Shown: positions 34,557 to 45,700 of the stretch, piece after piece
How positions within the stretch are numbered: position 1 is the first letter of the stretch
Layout: each line of letters opens with the position of its first letter
Assembly (NCBI GenBank): GCA_907165135.1
Contig: OU015567.1
Coordinates: 10,602,001-10,666,000 of the forward strand
Reading direction: 5' to 3'
From: Oikopleura dioica
Taxonomy: Eukaryota > Animalia > Chordata
Length of the DNA: 64,000 nt
The notes under the pieces: generated by a model
The model's input: only the letters and a program-made list of their open reading frames with translations
Database searches by the model: none
Told to the model about the DNA's origin: nothing
Translations under genes and position numbers: made by a program

Positions 34557-37290
34557 TTAATTCTTTGTTCTTTTTCTTTTTGTGGATTGCGCTGGTTTGC
34601 ATCCATTTTTCGCCACTGGTCCACGGCGTGGCAAATTCATCTGGCTGTTGCCAAGTGGTTGCATGAACTGTCTGTGATGAGGAATCTGATGATGAGGACG
34701 AATCTGATGATGAGGACGAATCTGCTGATGAGGAGGAATCTGATGATGAGGAGGAATCTGCTGAGGGGGGCCAAAATTATTTTGGGGAGTAAATCGCTGG
34801 TTGAAGCTCATTTGAGGAGGTTGAAATTGCTGTGGCGGCATATTTGACATTTGACTGTGTTGATGAGGAGTTGCGATCGCTGGCTGATGTGGCTGCCGTT
34901 TTTCTTGGTTGATTCTGTCCAATTCATGCTGCTGATTGTGCCAGAGCACCTCTTCGCCGAAAATATCGCTAGACAACTGCTCCAGCGATTTTCCCAAACT
35001 TGCGACTTCCATTTCCAAGGGTGCAAGCCCTTCCTTGCCGGCGGTTTCGACGAGATGATGAAGCTTTTTCGACATTTGATCGTAAGCTAGACGCAAGAAG
35101 TCGATCATAGAGCGAAACCTCATCCTGTTAACGCTCTTATTATCGAACTTCTGGATTCTAGCGCCCAGCAATTTGAGCTTTTCGTTCGACTCCCAGATCT
35201 TTGCACGCATTTCAGCGATCTTCTGATCATCCAAAGCAGCGACCACCGGCTCTGGAGCCGCAATATCAGTAGATGCTTCATCGCTTGAACTAACCAAAGT
35301 GTCTTTCTGTGGCTTTGGTGGTCCGGCTTCTTTACCACTGATCGACGAAAGCATCGCTTGCTGTTGTACATCGGCCTTAATGATAAACTTAGCTCTAAAA
35401 TTGATTATTCCTGCTACCTTTGCGTTGAAATCCTCATCGGAAGACGAATCGTCTTCAGTGACTTCTGTATTATTGTGCTTGGGATTGAAAGGCGATAGAA
35501 CAGGTGGCTCTTCATCCGAGTCTCGTTGTTTCTTCTTCTTCTCATCGCTTGAACTAGCCGCTGCGTCTTCCTCGTCACTGCTCAACAAACGCTTTCTGCG
35601 CCGAACAGGCTCTGAATTCTTGTAAATATTGTTCTGACTTAAACAACTTACTTTTGCTGACTTTCTCCAAGACGACACCAGTTTTTTCTCGATACTCGTT
35701 TCGTTTTACTTCGAGCGCAGGCTGTTCATCTTCTGCCGAAGCGATCTCTTGCTCCTTTTGCTTTCTTTTCAACGTAGCTTGATTGACGCTTTCTTCAGTT
35801 CGTTCACGATGAGCACATTCCTTTTCCTCTTCTAAAAGTGAAAATAAATAAGTGATCCTTGAGCTTGATTTACCTTGCTGGCAGATACTTAACCATTCGA
35901 TAGCTTCGTCAGGAGATTCATCGAACTTTTTCATCATTCCGAACTCGACTTTTGCCTCCTCAAATTTCTTTGTTGCCATCAAAATCTGCCCTTTCAAGGC
36001 GTAGCCTTTTGGCCATGTGGGCTCAAGTTCAATTGCTTTCACCGCGTCACTAGAAATAAATAAGAGATGGATAAAAATTGAATCTTATTACCTAAGAGCT
36101 TCGGGGAACTGCTCTTGTTGGAGGAGCGCGTCCGATCGATAACCGAAGTAGACCTTGTTCGTCGGATCCAAGGCGATTGCTTCGGCGTATTTTTCGATTG
36201 CAAGGCTGATATCTCCATCTCCCTCAGCTATCGCGCCCTCTTGGGCGATTCGAGTCGCACTAGTAGAAAAATGATTAAACGGTAAATTTACTCATACTGA
36301 CTTTTCAAAATCATCAATATTATCAATTTGCACAAGATGGGATCTTGCTGTTATATCACCATATCGGGCATGAAAATCACTTGCTGATTGTCGTATATGT
36401 TTCCGGAAAACTCCATTCGTCATTTTGCTTCGTTCTTTCATGTAAAGTTTGTAGTACCGATGTTTTTTGGTGATGAAACATTCAGCGATGGACTGGAAAT
36501 CTTTCCATTCGAGAATGGGGTAGTTATCAGGCGAGACGTACAATTTAACTTCTTTTTTTTCTTTTCTCTTCCATTTGCTTTTTGGTGTATAAATAAATGA
36601 AGTAAGTTCGTGGCGCTGGGGAAGACAAAATCGCTTCTTTTCTGCACAGAGAAGTTTGTCGATGGTGTGTATGTACTCATCACCTAAGACAGCCCCATTC
36701 TCATCTGGTGTTATGTTTAGAGAATAGAACAAGTCTAATCTCTCTATGCAATGTCTTAACTGGAGCCCATCTCGAGTTTTTCTTATTTCCTCGACAACCG
36801 CGAAGTCGTAATCGGAAAAGCCATCCAAACCAAAAATTGGCTGAAGAACAACCCCTATTGCTGAAGTCTCCCAAAATTTCCAATCTTTTTCGCGTTTAGG
36901 GACCCCTTTTGATCGCAATAGTCGTAAAAACGACCGGTGGGGCTTGTGCACGAATTTAACACCATTTTGGAGATTATCACATTGGCTGTCAGCTTCCTCC
37001 TTCGACTCGAAAACTGCCACTCTCAAGGTTCCATCGTGAATTTCTTGGACTTCATGGTCTTCTGCGTCTGTCGCAGAAGATTCGACAATGTGAAGTTCTC
37101 CTTCGCCGTCAGATACCGGCATCGGAGAATGAGCAGCAAAATCGTAGGTATCGGGATCAAAGCCATTGACTGTCAAAAAGTCGGATAATCTTTGGAGAAG
37201 TTCAGCTTTCTTGCCCCTCGTACTTTCTTGCACCGAAGCAAGCTCTTTACGAATTTCTCCTACTTTGAGATCGGTCAACAATTTCACCAT
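34557..37290 (-). CDS. Intact SAP + TPR + coiled-coil + Gln/His/Pro-repeat protein (~854 aa); exons 37290-36302, 36259-36092, 36049-35874, 35831-35662, 35618-34557
   Basis: SAP LKVGEIRKEL..RGKKAELLQRL; TPR AIEKYAEAIALDPTN..DAVKAIELEPTWPKGY; four 42-43 nt GT-AG introns give a 2565 nt open frame. Confidence 0.8.
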
Positions 37291-37569
37291 TACAAAACTG
37301 TCTAAATTTATGAGCGCTGCAGACAGATAAGGATAACTGTCAGAAATATCAAACGAGTGCTGAGTTTTCTATTTCCATCATGAATCTTATATTGGAAAGA
37401 AAAGATAAAACACGAGTTTTTGAATTAAAGAATGCGTGTGAACAATCGCCTTTGTATTGAATGACTAGTTGAAAAAAGAAACAGTGATGATAAGAAAAGA
37501 AAAGAGAGAGAGAGAAATAGTTTGTCTCGTTGTTCTTGCAAAGTGAGTGGTCGGCTTTGTTGAAGAGTT

Positions 37570-38175
37570 CGGATCGAATTGCAAAAAGACCTGCTTCTGT
37601 ACAAACGTTTCGCAAATCAGCTCCATTAAATGTATCCGAGAGCTTGACAACCGCCTATTAAAAAGGGGTGAAAAAGGGAGAGAAGCGAGAACAAGATTAC
37701 CTTGAAGTCAATTCCTCCGTGAGAAGCGAGTGGATGCGAGTGAATCTTCAAAATGTCAAGTCGAAAAATGTCAAGTCGAACTTGTTCATTTGGCAGTGCT
37801 AGAATTGAATTTAGATCAAGGATTTTCTAAGGTGGCTTCTAACAACCGGGTCGCAAAAGTGCAGGATCCAGCGTGTCAGGTCTGTTCGTCGCCATGATCA
37901 TTTTCACCTTTCCGAGCGTGTCGAAGTCGCCCATTTGATTGAGCAATTCCATCAGAGTACTGCGAGCGACATTAAACTTTAGTAAAAATAAAGTACAGCT
38001 ACCTTTGGATTCCACAATCAGCAGAGATTTCTTCTGAAAGACGTCTGCTACCGATAGCGTCGATTTCGTCCATGAAAATAATAGAGGGTTGATGGTCGCG
38101 AGCGTAGTTGAACTTTACGCGGATGAGACGAACAGATTCACCGATTTACTTGTCCACGATGGCAGATGATATTAC
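37570..38175 (-). pseudogene. PSMC6: 26S proteasome AAA subunit Rpt4/10B fragment
   Basis: [79 protein letters not shown]; premature stop at 38146-38148. Confidence 0.88.
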
Positions 38176-38222
38176 CTAGGAAAAGATGCTCTACCGTGCG
38201 TTTGCTGTAAGATAAGCTACCA

Positions 38223-39100
38223 TCAAAAATAAGCGTCGAGTTGACTAGCAACAGCTCGAGCAGGGAGAGTCCTAGTGTCAGCATTCTTATCTCCATCAGA
38301 TTCAGTCGAGCGGCCAGTAATCGGCTCTGATGATGAGGAACTATCCAGTAATCGGCTCTGATGATGAGGAACTATCGCTTTTTCCAACAGATTTCGGCGT
38401 GTGCTTCGGGAATTTTCGATTTTTTTCACCTTGTTTCGGATTTTATCCACTTGCACGATCATCATCGAGAGTCGAGCATTTCTGATTGATGCTTCTGACC
38501 AGACATCGGTTGTACTGCCCTTTTGTTCTTTTTGGGGGACGCCTGTGCGAGAGACATCAGAGCAATCAGTTCTTGAACGGGACTGATCGCTACTAGAAAC
38601 AGCATTTGGGAGATTCGATGAGCTCGTCGTTTGTTCTGTCGAGGAGGAAGAGTCTGAGGAAGTTTTTCTTGTGTTTTACCCGTAGAACTGCTTTTCCGAC
38701 GACTCAAGCGTTTCTCCCTCTTTTCACTTCTGGACTTTTTCGATCGATGCTTCGAGCAGTAATGTCTACTTCTGCTTGTACTTCTGGATCGATTCTTTCG
38801 CCGGCGGATAGGACTGCGCGATCTTGAGCGATGCTTTCGGCTTTTGAAAGAGTTGAAAAAAGAAAGATCAAAATTGGCATGCTCTAAGGGAAATTGCAAC
38901 TCTAACTTGGACTAGAAGATCTCGACCGCTTTTGTTTCTTTCTTCTTTCCCGGATATCCGACCTTTTCCGGTGCATTCTTGATTTTCCCGGCTTTGAATC
39001 GACAATCACAAGATCATCATCTTCTTCTTTGCTGGAAGGTTCGATCGGATCAACGATTCGTTTCAACACAGGCTTGACAGTTCTGACTCGACGATCTCAC
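38223..39100 (-). pseudogene. RS/Lys-rich protein fragment, apparently frameshifted
   Basis: EEDDDLVIVDSK, RSRSRSPIRRRKNRSRSTSRSR; 31 bp tandem duplication at 38314/38345. Confidence 0.45.
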
Positions 39101-39620
39101 TGAAGAGTTGATTAGCCAGGTTTTTTTCATTTCTAGAGCCGTTTCGACCTCTAGAATCGTTTTTACCTGTCTAAATGATCATAAACTCTTTGCAAAATCG
39201 GTTTATTCGACGCTTTACTGCTCATTACAAGTCAGTATTTGAGCACTGTATCGGACCGTGCTCTACTGTATTTTCAACTTATTAGTACGCACAGTTTGTA
39301 TTTTTACTTTGATTAGCTGATACCAGTTACTGTGGGCTACAATGAATTGCGGGGCCAAAACAACGAATGGCCGAATAAATAAGAGTTTCAGTTTTTTTTC
39401 CTCAGACACAAAACAGGCAAAATTTTTAGTAGTTGGATTTTTAGAAAGTTTTTTGTTGAACGTAAGGGAAGAGAGGGAGGTTTGTGCATGTAGGTGCATT
39501 ATTTTAATAAATTACTGAACAACAGGAACGGAGGTGAGAAAAGGGAACACACAAGCTTTAAGGACAATAGTTTTTCTTTGTGGAAGGAATCAGTACTTTG
39601 TAAGTGATAGAATAGGTGGC

Positions 39621-40450
39621 TTATTTGTACAATCGACCCTTGGCGCCCTTTCGGAAAGCGTCGTTCATGAATTTGTCCTGCTCGATCTTGTGAACCTGAA
39701 ACGCAAAATAGCTTTTGCAAATTTGGCTGAAATCTTACTTGTTTGGAACCAGCAGCGGCGGAGGCGGCGGAGTCTCGGCCAGCGTAGTGGACTCGGCGGG
39801 ACCAGTTGGATGCAGTTCGCAGTCTAGGCTTGCAGAAGTCGTAGAAACCCATGTTCTTGTGCTTTTCCTGGACCCAGTAGACTTCGGCGTTCTTGTATTT
39901 CTCGAGCTCGGGAATGACGAGATCGTATGGGAATGGAGCGACCTAGAATAAAATGTAGCCTTTGATCTCTCTAAGCTGAAAGTACCTGTTCAACTCGTGC
40001 AATAGCGATATCGTTTTCGAAGCCTCGGGCAGCTCGCTCTTTGACGAGATCGTAGTAGACCTTTCCAGAGCAGAATATCAGTCGCTTGACGTTATCTGGG
40101 TTCTGAATGGAGCAAAGTTTAAGTAATGAATGAAGGATATTATTTTACCTTGGAGGCAGCGCCTTCTTCACCGATGAGTCGTCTGTACTGTGTGCCAGGG
40201 TCCATTTCTGACCATTCGGATCGAGCTTCTGGAAGTCGAAGAAGAGATTTGGGAGTCATGAGAATGAGGGGCTTTCGGAATGGAAGAGCGATCTGTCGTC
40301 GATGGACGTGCATGACGTTGGCTAGAATTTTAGTGAAGAAAGATCTAAATTGGTAAGCTTTACCTGGAGTAGTTGGGTTGCAAATAATCCAGTTAGCGTC
40401 GTAGAGCTGCTTGATGCCGAAGTCAGCTTCCTTCCAGTCGCTGGGGCTGA
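39621..40450 (-). pseudogene. OGDH: 2-oxoglutarate dehydrogenase E1, 3'-terminal fragment with introns
   Basis: [22 protein letters not shown]; [13 protein letters not shown]; APFPYDL..WVQEKHKNMGFYD; no upstream exons seen before the element end. Confidence 0.88.
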
Positions 40451-40513
40451 AAATATAGTTTATTTTTTCTATTTTAACGTGTTAATAATATTATCTACTA
40501 AATTCTATTAAAC

Positions 40514-40805
40514 GGGAGCACAGTGCTCACAGACTAAAAAATCTAACTAATACTAAAAAGCCTAACTAAGTCTGGAGCGCATTGCTCACCATTTTAGATT
40601 AGATTTGAATTTAGAAAAATTATAACTATTAAATTTTTAAATATAATGGGAGCACGATGCTCACAGACTTAAAAATCTAACTAATACTAAAAAAGCCTAA
40701 TTATGAGCGAGAAACTTCCCAGGACCGAGATCCAAACAAGTGATACCAAGCTCTCCCAGTTTTTATTCAACCCTTATTTTAAGTCTGGAGCGCATTGCTC
40801 ACCAA
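40514..40805. repeat. Right subterminal duplicated blocks with GAGC-N5-GCTC palindromes
   Basis: gagcacagtgctc 40516, gagcgcattgctc 40575 and 40788, gagcacgatgctc 40650. Confidence 0.75.
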
Positions 40806-41098
40806 ATTTAATTTTGAAATTAGAAAATTATTGAATTTTTTACTTATCTTTATTTCTTCTTCGTTGATTTTCTTCATATCTTCTCGTGTTTTTTCTCGAA
40901 AGCAAATCTATAAAAAACCTGGTAAAAATACTGGCTATTACATGAATTATTCAAGAATTCGTGTTGAACAATCCAAAACAATACAAACAACAATACAAAA
41001 CATGCAAAACTTCTCTTTTGAGAAAAATGATTTTGAACTTGAATTTTAAATTTTGAGCGCTATTGGCGGAGCACCCGCCAATGAGCGCGCGCCCCGCG

Positions 41099-41154
41099 AT
41101 GTTTGTTCTCAGAAGAATAGTGCGAACGCGCAAAACGAAAAGGATAATACTACT
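41099..41154 (-). repeat. Right terminal inverted repeat
   Basis: Reverse complement of 8046-8101, ending ACTACT. Confidence 0.95.
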
Positions 41155-41160
41155 CTCGAC
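41155..41160 (+). repeat. Right target-site duplication CTCGAC, followed by the original TAA of the H3-like gene
   Basis: ctc gac taa continues the frame of 7524-8045. Confidence 0.95.
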
Positions 41161-41180
41161 TAATTCTTTCATCCAAAACT

Positions 41181-41196
41181 GGCCCTTTTAAGGGCC
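41181..41196 (+). promoter_or_regulatory. Histone mRNA 3' stem-loop
   Basis: CCAAAACT GGCCCT-TTTA-AGGGCC: 6 bp stem, 4 nt loop, starting 18 nt after the TAA. Confidence 0.88.
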
Positions 41197-43655
41197 CCAA
41201 AATTTCTATTTTCATAAATTCAATCGGACAGTACAAGCAATCGTCGATAAGGCGACATCGCTTGCGTCAGCATAAACGAAAACCCTCTTGAAAGTTTGAC
41301 ATGTTATAATTAAAAGTTGCGATTATTTTTTCTTGCACACGAAGGAGGGATCAAATCTCCTACTTGTCTTCTGATAACTCCGACTGAGATTGGTAGAACG
41401 CGGCGGAAAGGACTGTCGCATTTTCTTTTTGATCATGACGTCCCATCTCGGCCGCAAAATGAGCTCAGCTAAAATATACAACACTCAAGTTACTGGAACA
41501 GGGGAAAACCGAGCCCTTGAGTTCGCCAGACACGTAACTTTTCCGGTTTAACTGTATCTTTGTTACCATGAAGTTTTACTCTTGATGGAGAAAGTCCCTG
41601 GGCCCCTTTCCCCGATTCCCGCGCAATGCGATGTCGGGGGATTCTAGAAGTTTAGTCAAGCCTATGTTTGGCGCTTCCTTGAATCTCGAAATTATGTGCG
41701 GACGAAAATTGTCCGCTGATTGGCTAGACACATCTGGCGCAGAGTTAGGCGCGCTCAGAAATGAGCCTCGAATAAAGCCTATGCATTTTTTCGATGCTCA
41801 GATTCTCCCATCTCCACTAAGAGTCAAACTTCATGGTAGTACCGGAAAAAAACTAACAAAGAATAAATTAAAAGATTCTTTTAAAGATCACTAATCAAAA
41901 TAAAAATCGACTAAAAAAGGTAAACAAGAAATCAGAATTTTAAGTACAGGGCGGATGCTACCTCCCCGAGTCCATAAGAGCTCGTCATTACGAAATCGCA
42001 ATTAGCGCTGCGACCGCCACTTGTTGATTTCGAGGCAGCGGGCTTCTAACAGAAGGGCAGGAATTTCAGAGTCATGGCGCGTGGCCTATACTTTTAAAAT
42101 TTATGAAGGCAGAGAGACCAGAATTATGAGTGCATCTGACTCACTGCAGCAAGAAATACCAAATTTATTTGTTGGTTACTCCATGAAAACTGCTAGTGCC
42201 TGAATTCCTGGGGTTCGATTCAAACCACGTACTATCTCCAGGAATCCTTAGAATAGAGCTGGTGCAGCAGAAACCCTACTTTCTCATTTAAAACTTGTCG
42301 TTGCTCCTCTTTTTTGAGAGTTTTAATTTTGCGTTCTTCGAAATATGTGCATTTTCAATTCTTGTAATGAGTCGGTCTTTCATAAAAAAAACTGCTTTAA
42401 GAAACTTGAGTTTGGCGAAAACACGAGCCGGTGAATTTTTACGATAATAAAAAATACACGTAAAAATGCATGACACCAGGTGTTTCGATGCTGTCCATGA
42501 ATTTCACGTAACGTGTCGTACACCCGTTTGATATGTTACTGGTCAGTTACATATAGTAATAAGCGGTTGGAATGCAGACTCTAATCGATATGGAAAATAG
42601 GGAGATAAGTGGCATCCGCTTTTTGACCAACAATTGGCGGGAACAACTACGTTTATTCGAGCATTATCATCAGAAATGCAAATTTAAGACTGAAATAAAG
42701 TTTCTTTCAGACTTCCTACGTGAATAAAGATCCATATCTACCAGGCCAGTAAACAGTCATAACTGTAACTGATTGTATACGGTTAAGAAGCATCTAGAGC
42801 TTCCAGAACCCGAGTGGTTTACATCCTTATATGACTGCGAAAATGGTCAGGACGTTTGTCTGCCGCAAATATTCGTCCCTAGAGTCTAGTGCCTAGACTC
42901 TTACAATTCAGGAAAAAGGATGCTCGGTAAACCACATTTTTCTCACACGAATTCAGTGAAAATCAATTAGACACCGTCAATACAGTAATATTAATTATCA
43001 ATAAATTATCAATCAATTAATTATATTATTAGATTACGAAATAACTGATTACGAAATGAAAAATTAACAAATGTCAAATGTTTAAGGAAATGTCGAACGA
43101 CCAGAGCACCGGATGTCGTGGAGTAATCATTGTGTCTATTGAATAGCTTTAGCGAAAACGTAAATAAGACGTTAGAAACTTGTGTTGCTTACTTCTAAAA
43201 CGTCAATTGCGCTGTTACAAATTCAAGAGCCGCGTGAATTTCACTTTCCTGTGATTCTCGGAAACTTGACTAATATTATTCAAATTGCAATGCTAGGAAA
43301 AGACTGATTTTTTCAATTTTTATTGCGCGCAACAAAAGTCAAATGTATTTAAAATGTAGAAAAGAACCGGACAAGGAAAGAAAAAAAAATGTTAGAAAAT
43401 GGAATCCCGGGCGCACGCGAAATGCATGTGCCTAAGATTCACTGGGTGGCGCCACCTACAGAATGCTTGGTGAAGAATTTGTAGGCACAGATTTTGGTCG
43501 ATGGAAAAATGCTCACAAGACGGTCAAAGATGATTAGAAAAAGTAGCAAAGAGAAAATCTTCGTCGCTTCTTAGGTGTATACTGCCCTAGAAACGAGTGA
43601 TGATCATCTTATTGGTTGTAATTCTAAGTCGTTATGCTGTTCGATCGTTGTTTGT

Positions 43656-45700
43656 TTACTGCTGGTTGAGCTGGGCGGCTAACTGGTTGTTGGCATTGAC
43701 GTTTTCTTCCAAGTAAGGGTATTTCAAGAGAGTATCCAAAAGCTAAATCAATCGAGTTTATTCTGCTCTGAGGTACTTGATGAAGGTACCTGGAAAGATT
43801 TCGACTGGGTGGTCTTGTGCGCCTTAGCTTCGTTCTTGACAGCTCTGTAAGTAGCGGTGGATGTATCAACCTGCACGTTCTGAGTTCCAAAGGTGGTTGG
43901 GTCGGGCACGTCAGCTCCCATCGCAGCGGCTTGGCTAAAAATTCCATTCCTTACCAAAGTCTTATTATGTTTATTTGTCTTATTATTCTACAAAATTTAA
44001 ACGTTTTTAAAATTCCGCAGAAACCAATTTCTAATTTGATAGAGTTAAAAACTGTTACCGATGAGAGGATTTACTTTTACTTCTTTAGATGGCCTTTCTT
44101 TGTGGCTAACCCAAAGAAAAGTTTAGATCTTATCTTGATACCTGATCAAGGTGTTGGCGATCTGCGCGTCCGAGTACATAACACAAGGAGTGTTGTACTG
44201 AGCGTGGCGAATGTTGCCACGAACTGGGCCAGAAATCTCAACGGCGCGATTTGGGTAGGCCAACGCGGCAGTCTTCAGCTTGGTTCCAGCGTCTTTTCTG
44301 AAAAACAATGATATGACTCTATTTTTGGAGACCAGGTTGGACGAATCAACTACACTTGGACAGAGGATTACAAATTAGCACAAGCATTTGCTCTGGGCCA
44401 CGTGGTTCGCCTAAGTGTTAGCTGTGGTTCAAATAATGTTTTACTCTTAGCTCAGGAACACAAGTGCTTGGTACCTAACAATAAGTGTTTTATTCCGATG
44501 AGTCTGGTTCAATTTTTGCTGACGCAGAAATTTGCAGCATTGAGTTGTGACTCGGTTGAATACGAAGGATACAGTTCTACATGTAGAATGTCTCTAAAAT
44601 CTAATAACAATCGGATCGGCTCACTCAGTGATTCCAAAAATAGAACTCGGATTTCTGGGCAATTGGGTACTTGAGCTCTGGCTTTTGTGTGGATTATGCT
44701 GAGCAGGAAGCGATAAAACCGTGCGATAGCTCACAAAGTGATAAAGGTAAATTTCTGTTTGTTAAATTATCGCTTATCGAGGCCAAGTGGTTATCTAATT
44801 TGTACAAAAATGGAAATCCATCTTTTGCTGCTCAACACATAATTGAGCTGCCGCAAAACACGGCACCGCCGTTGATACCAAACGCAACGTACTCAGAAAT
44901 CAAGTTTTTATGTAAACTCAGCCATAATTAGCTTTTTAGATAGAGAGACGATGATTAAGGGCCTGCAAACAAATCATTTCAACGGGCGACATTTCAAATT
45001 AACAATTTGAAAGTGTTAGATAAAATGTATTCAAGACTGTACAATATACGACTGTCCTTTGTACTGGGCACACTTATAGTTGACATACCCTGCTTCGCCG
45101 CCAGGAAGGGTGACCTTAAGCTTCATCTTGTTGTGGAGCCAGTCAACGTTCTTGCCGTAGTCGGGAACTTTCTTTTGGGGTCGAATGGCCTTCTGGATGT
45201 ACGATGGCAAGTTGGCGAACTTGAAACCTTGTTAGAAGAAACAAAAGGAAAGTTTAGTGTACTTCGTCTCTGGTGATTTGATGAGTCTTGTTGTATTCGT
45301 TGTCGGTAGTCATGCCAGGGTCGACATAGTTGGGGTTCTCGATAGCAACTCGCTCAGCCTGGGCTTGCTGAGCACCAGCAAGGGTGTATTCGGGGTCGAT
45401 CTCAGATTCGTAGCCAGCGGGTTCGGTCTTAAGGTTTCCATGAAAGAAGAAATGGAAATGATTATTAAAGATTTTTCTCAGTGAAGAAAAACACCATGCA
45501 AACCATTTGACTCTCAAATGCAGGTTCCTCAAGCTGCTGAGGGAGCACCTGCTGGACTGGAGCGGCTTCAGCCTGGGCGACATCGACTGCTTCAACCTCG
45601 GCTTCTTCTTCGGCCTTGGCGGCGGCTTCCGCATCGGCTTTGAACATATCGTATTCTTCCTGTGTCAAAAGGGTAAGATTGACAGTGTCACCGGAGCCTG
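43656..45700 (-). CDS. ZASP/ALP-motif protein, multi-exon (5' end uncertain)
   Basis: RHAQYNTPCVMYSDAQI (ZASP-like motif) and TQSKSFQLL; the upstream exon ending TLPGGEAG is phase-compatible with KDAGTKL. Confidence 0.55.

Larger units (their letters stand above)
8046..41154. mobile_element. Complete Polinton/Maverick, 33,109 bp
   Basis: AGTAGT...ACTACT termini, TIRs, 6 bp TSD; pPolB, integrase, ATPase, protease and candidate capsid genes inside. Confidence 0.95.

Noticed and set aside
40951-41172. 73 aa ORF similar to the H3-like C-terminal extension
   Set aside because: Simply the TIR read from the other end
41300-43600. Short ORFs right of the element
   Set aside because: No recognisable domains or consistent splicing
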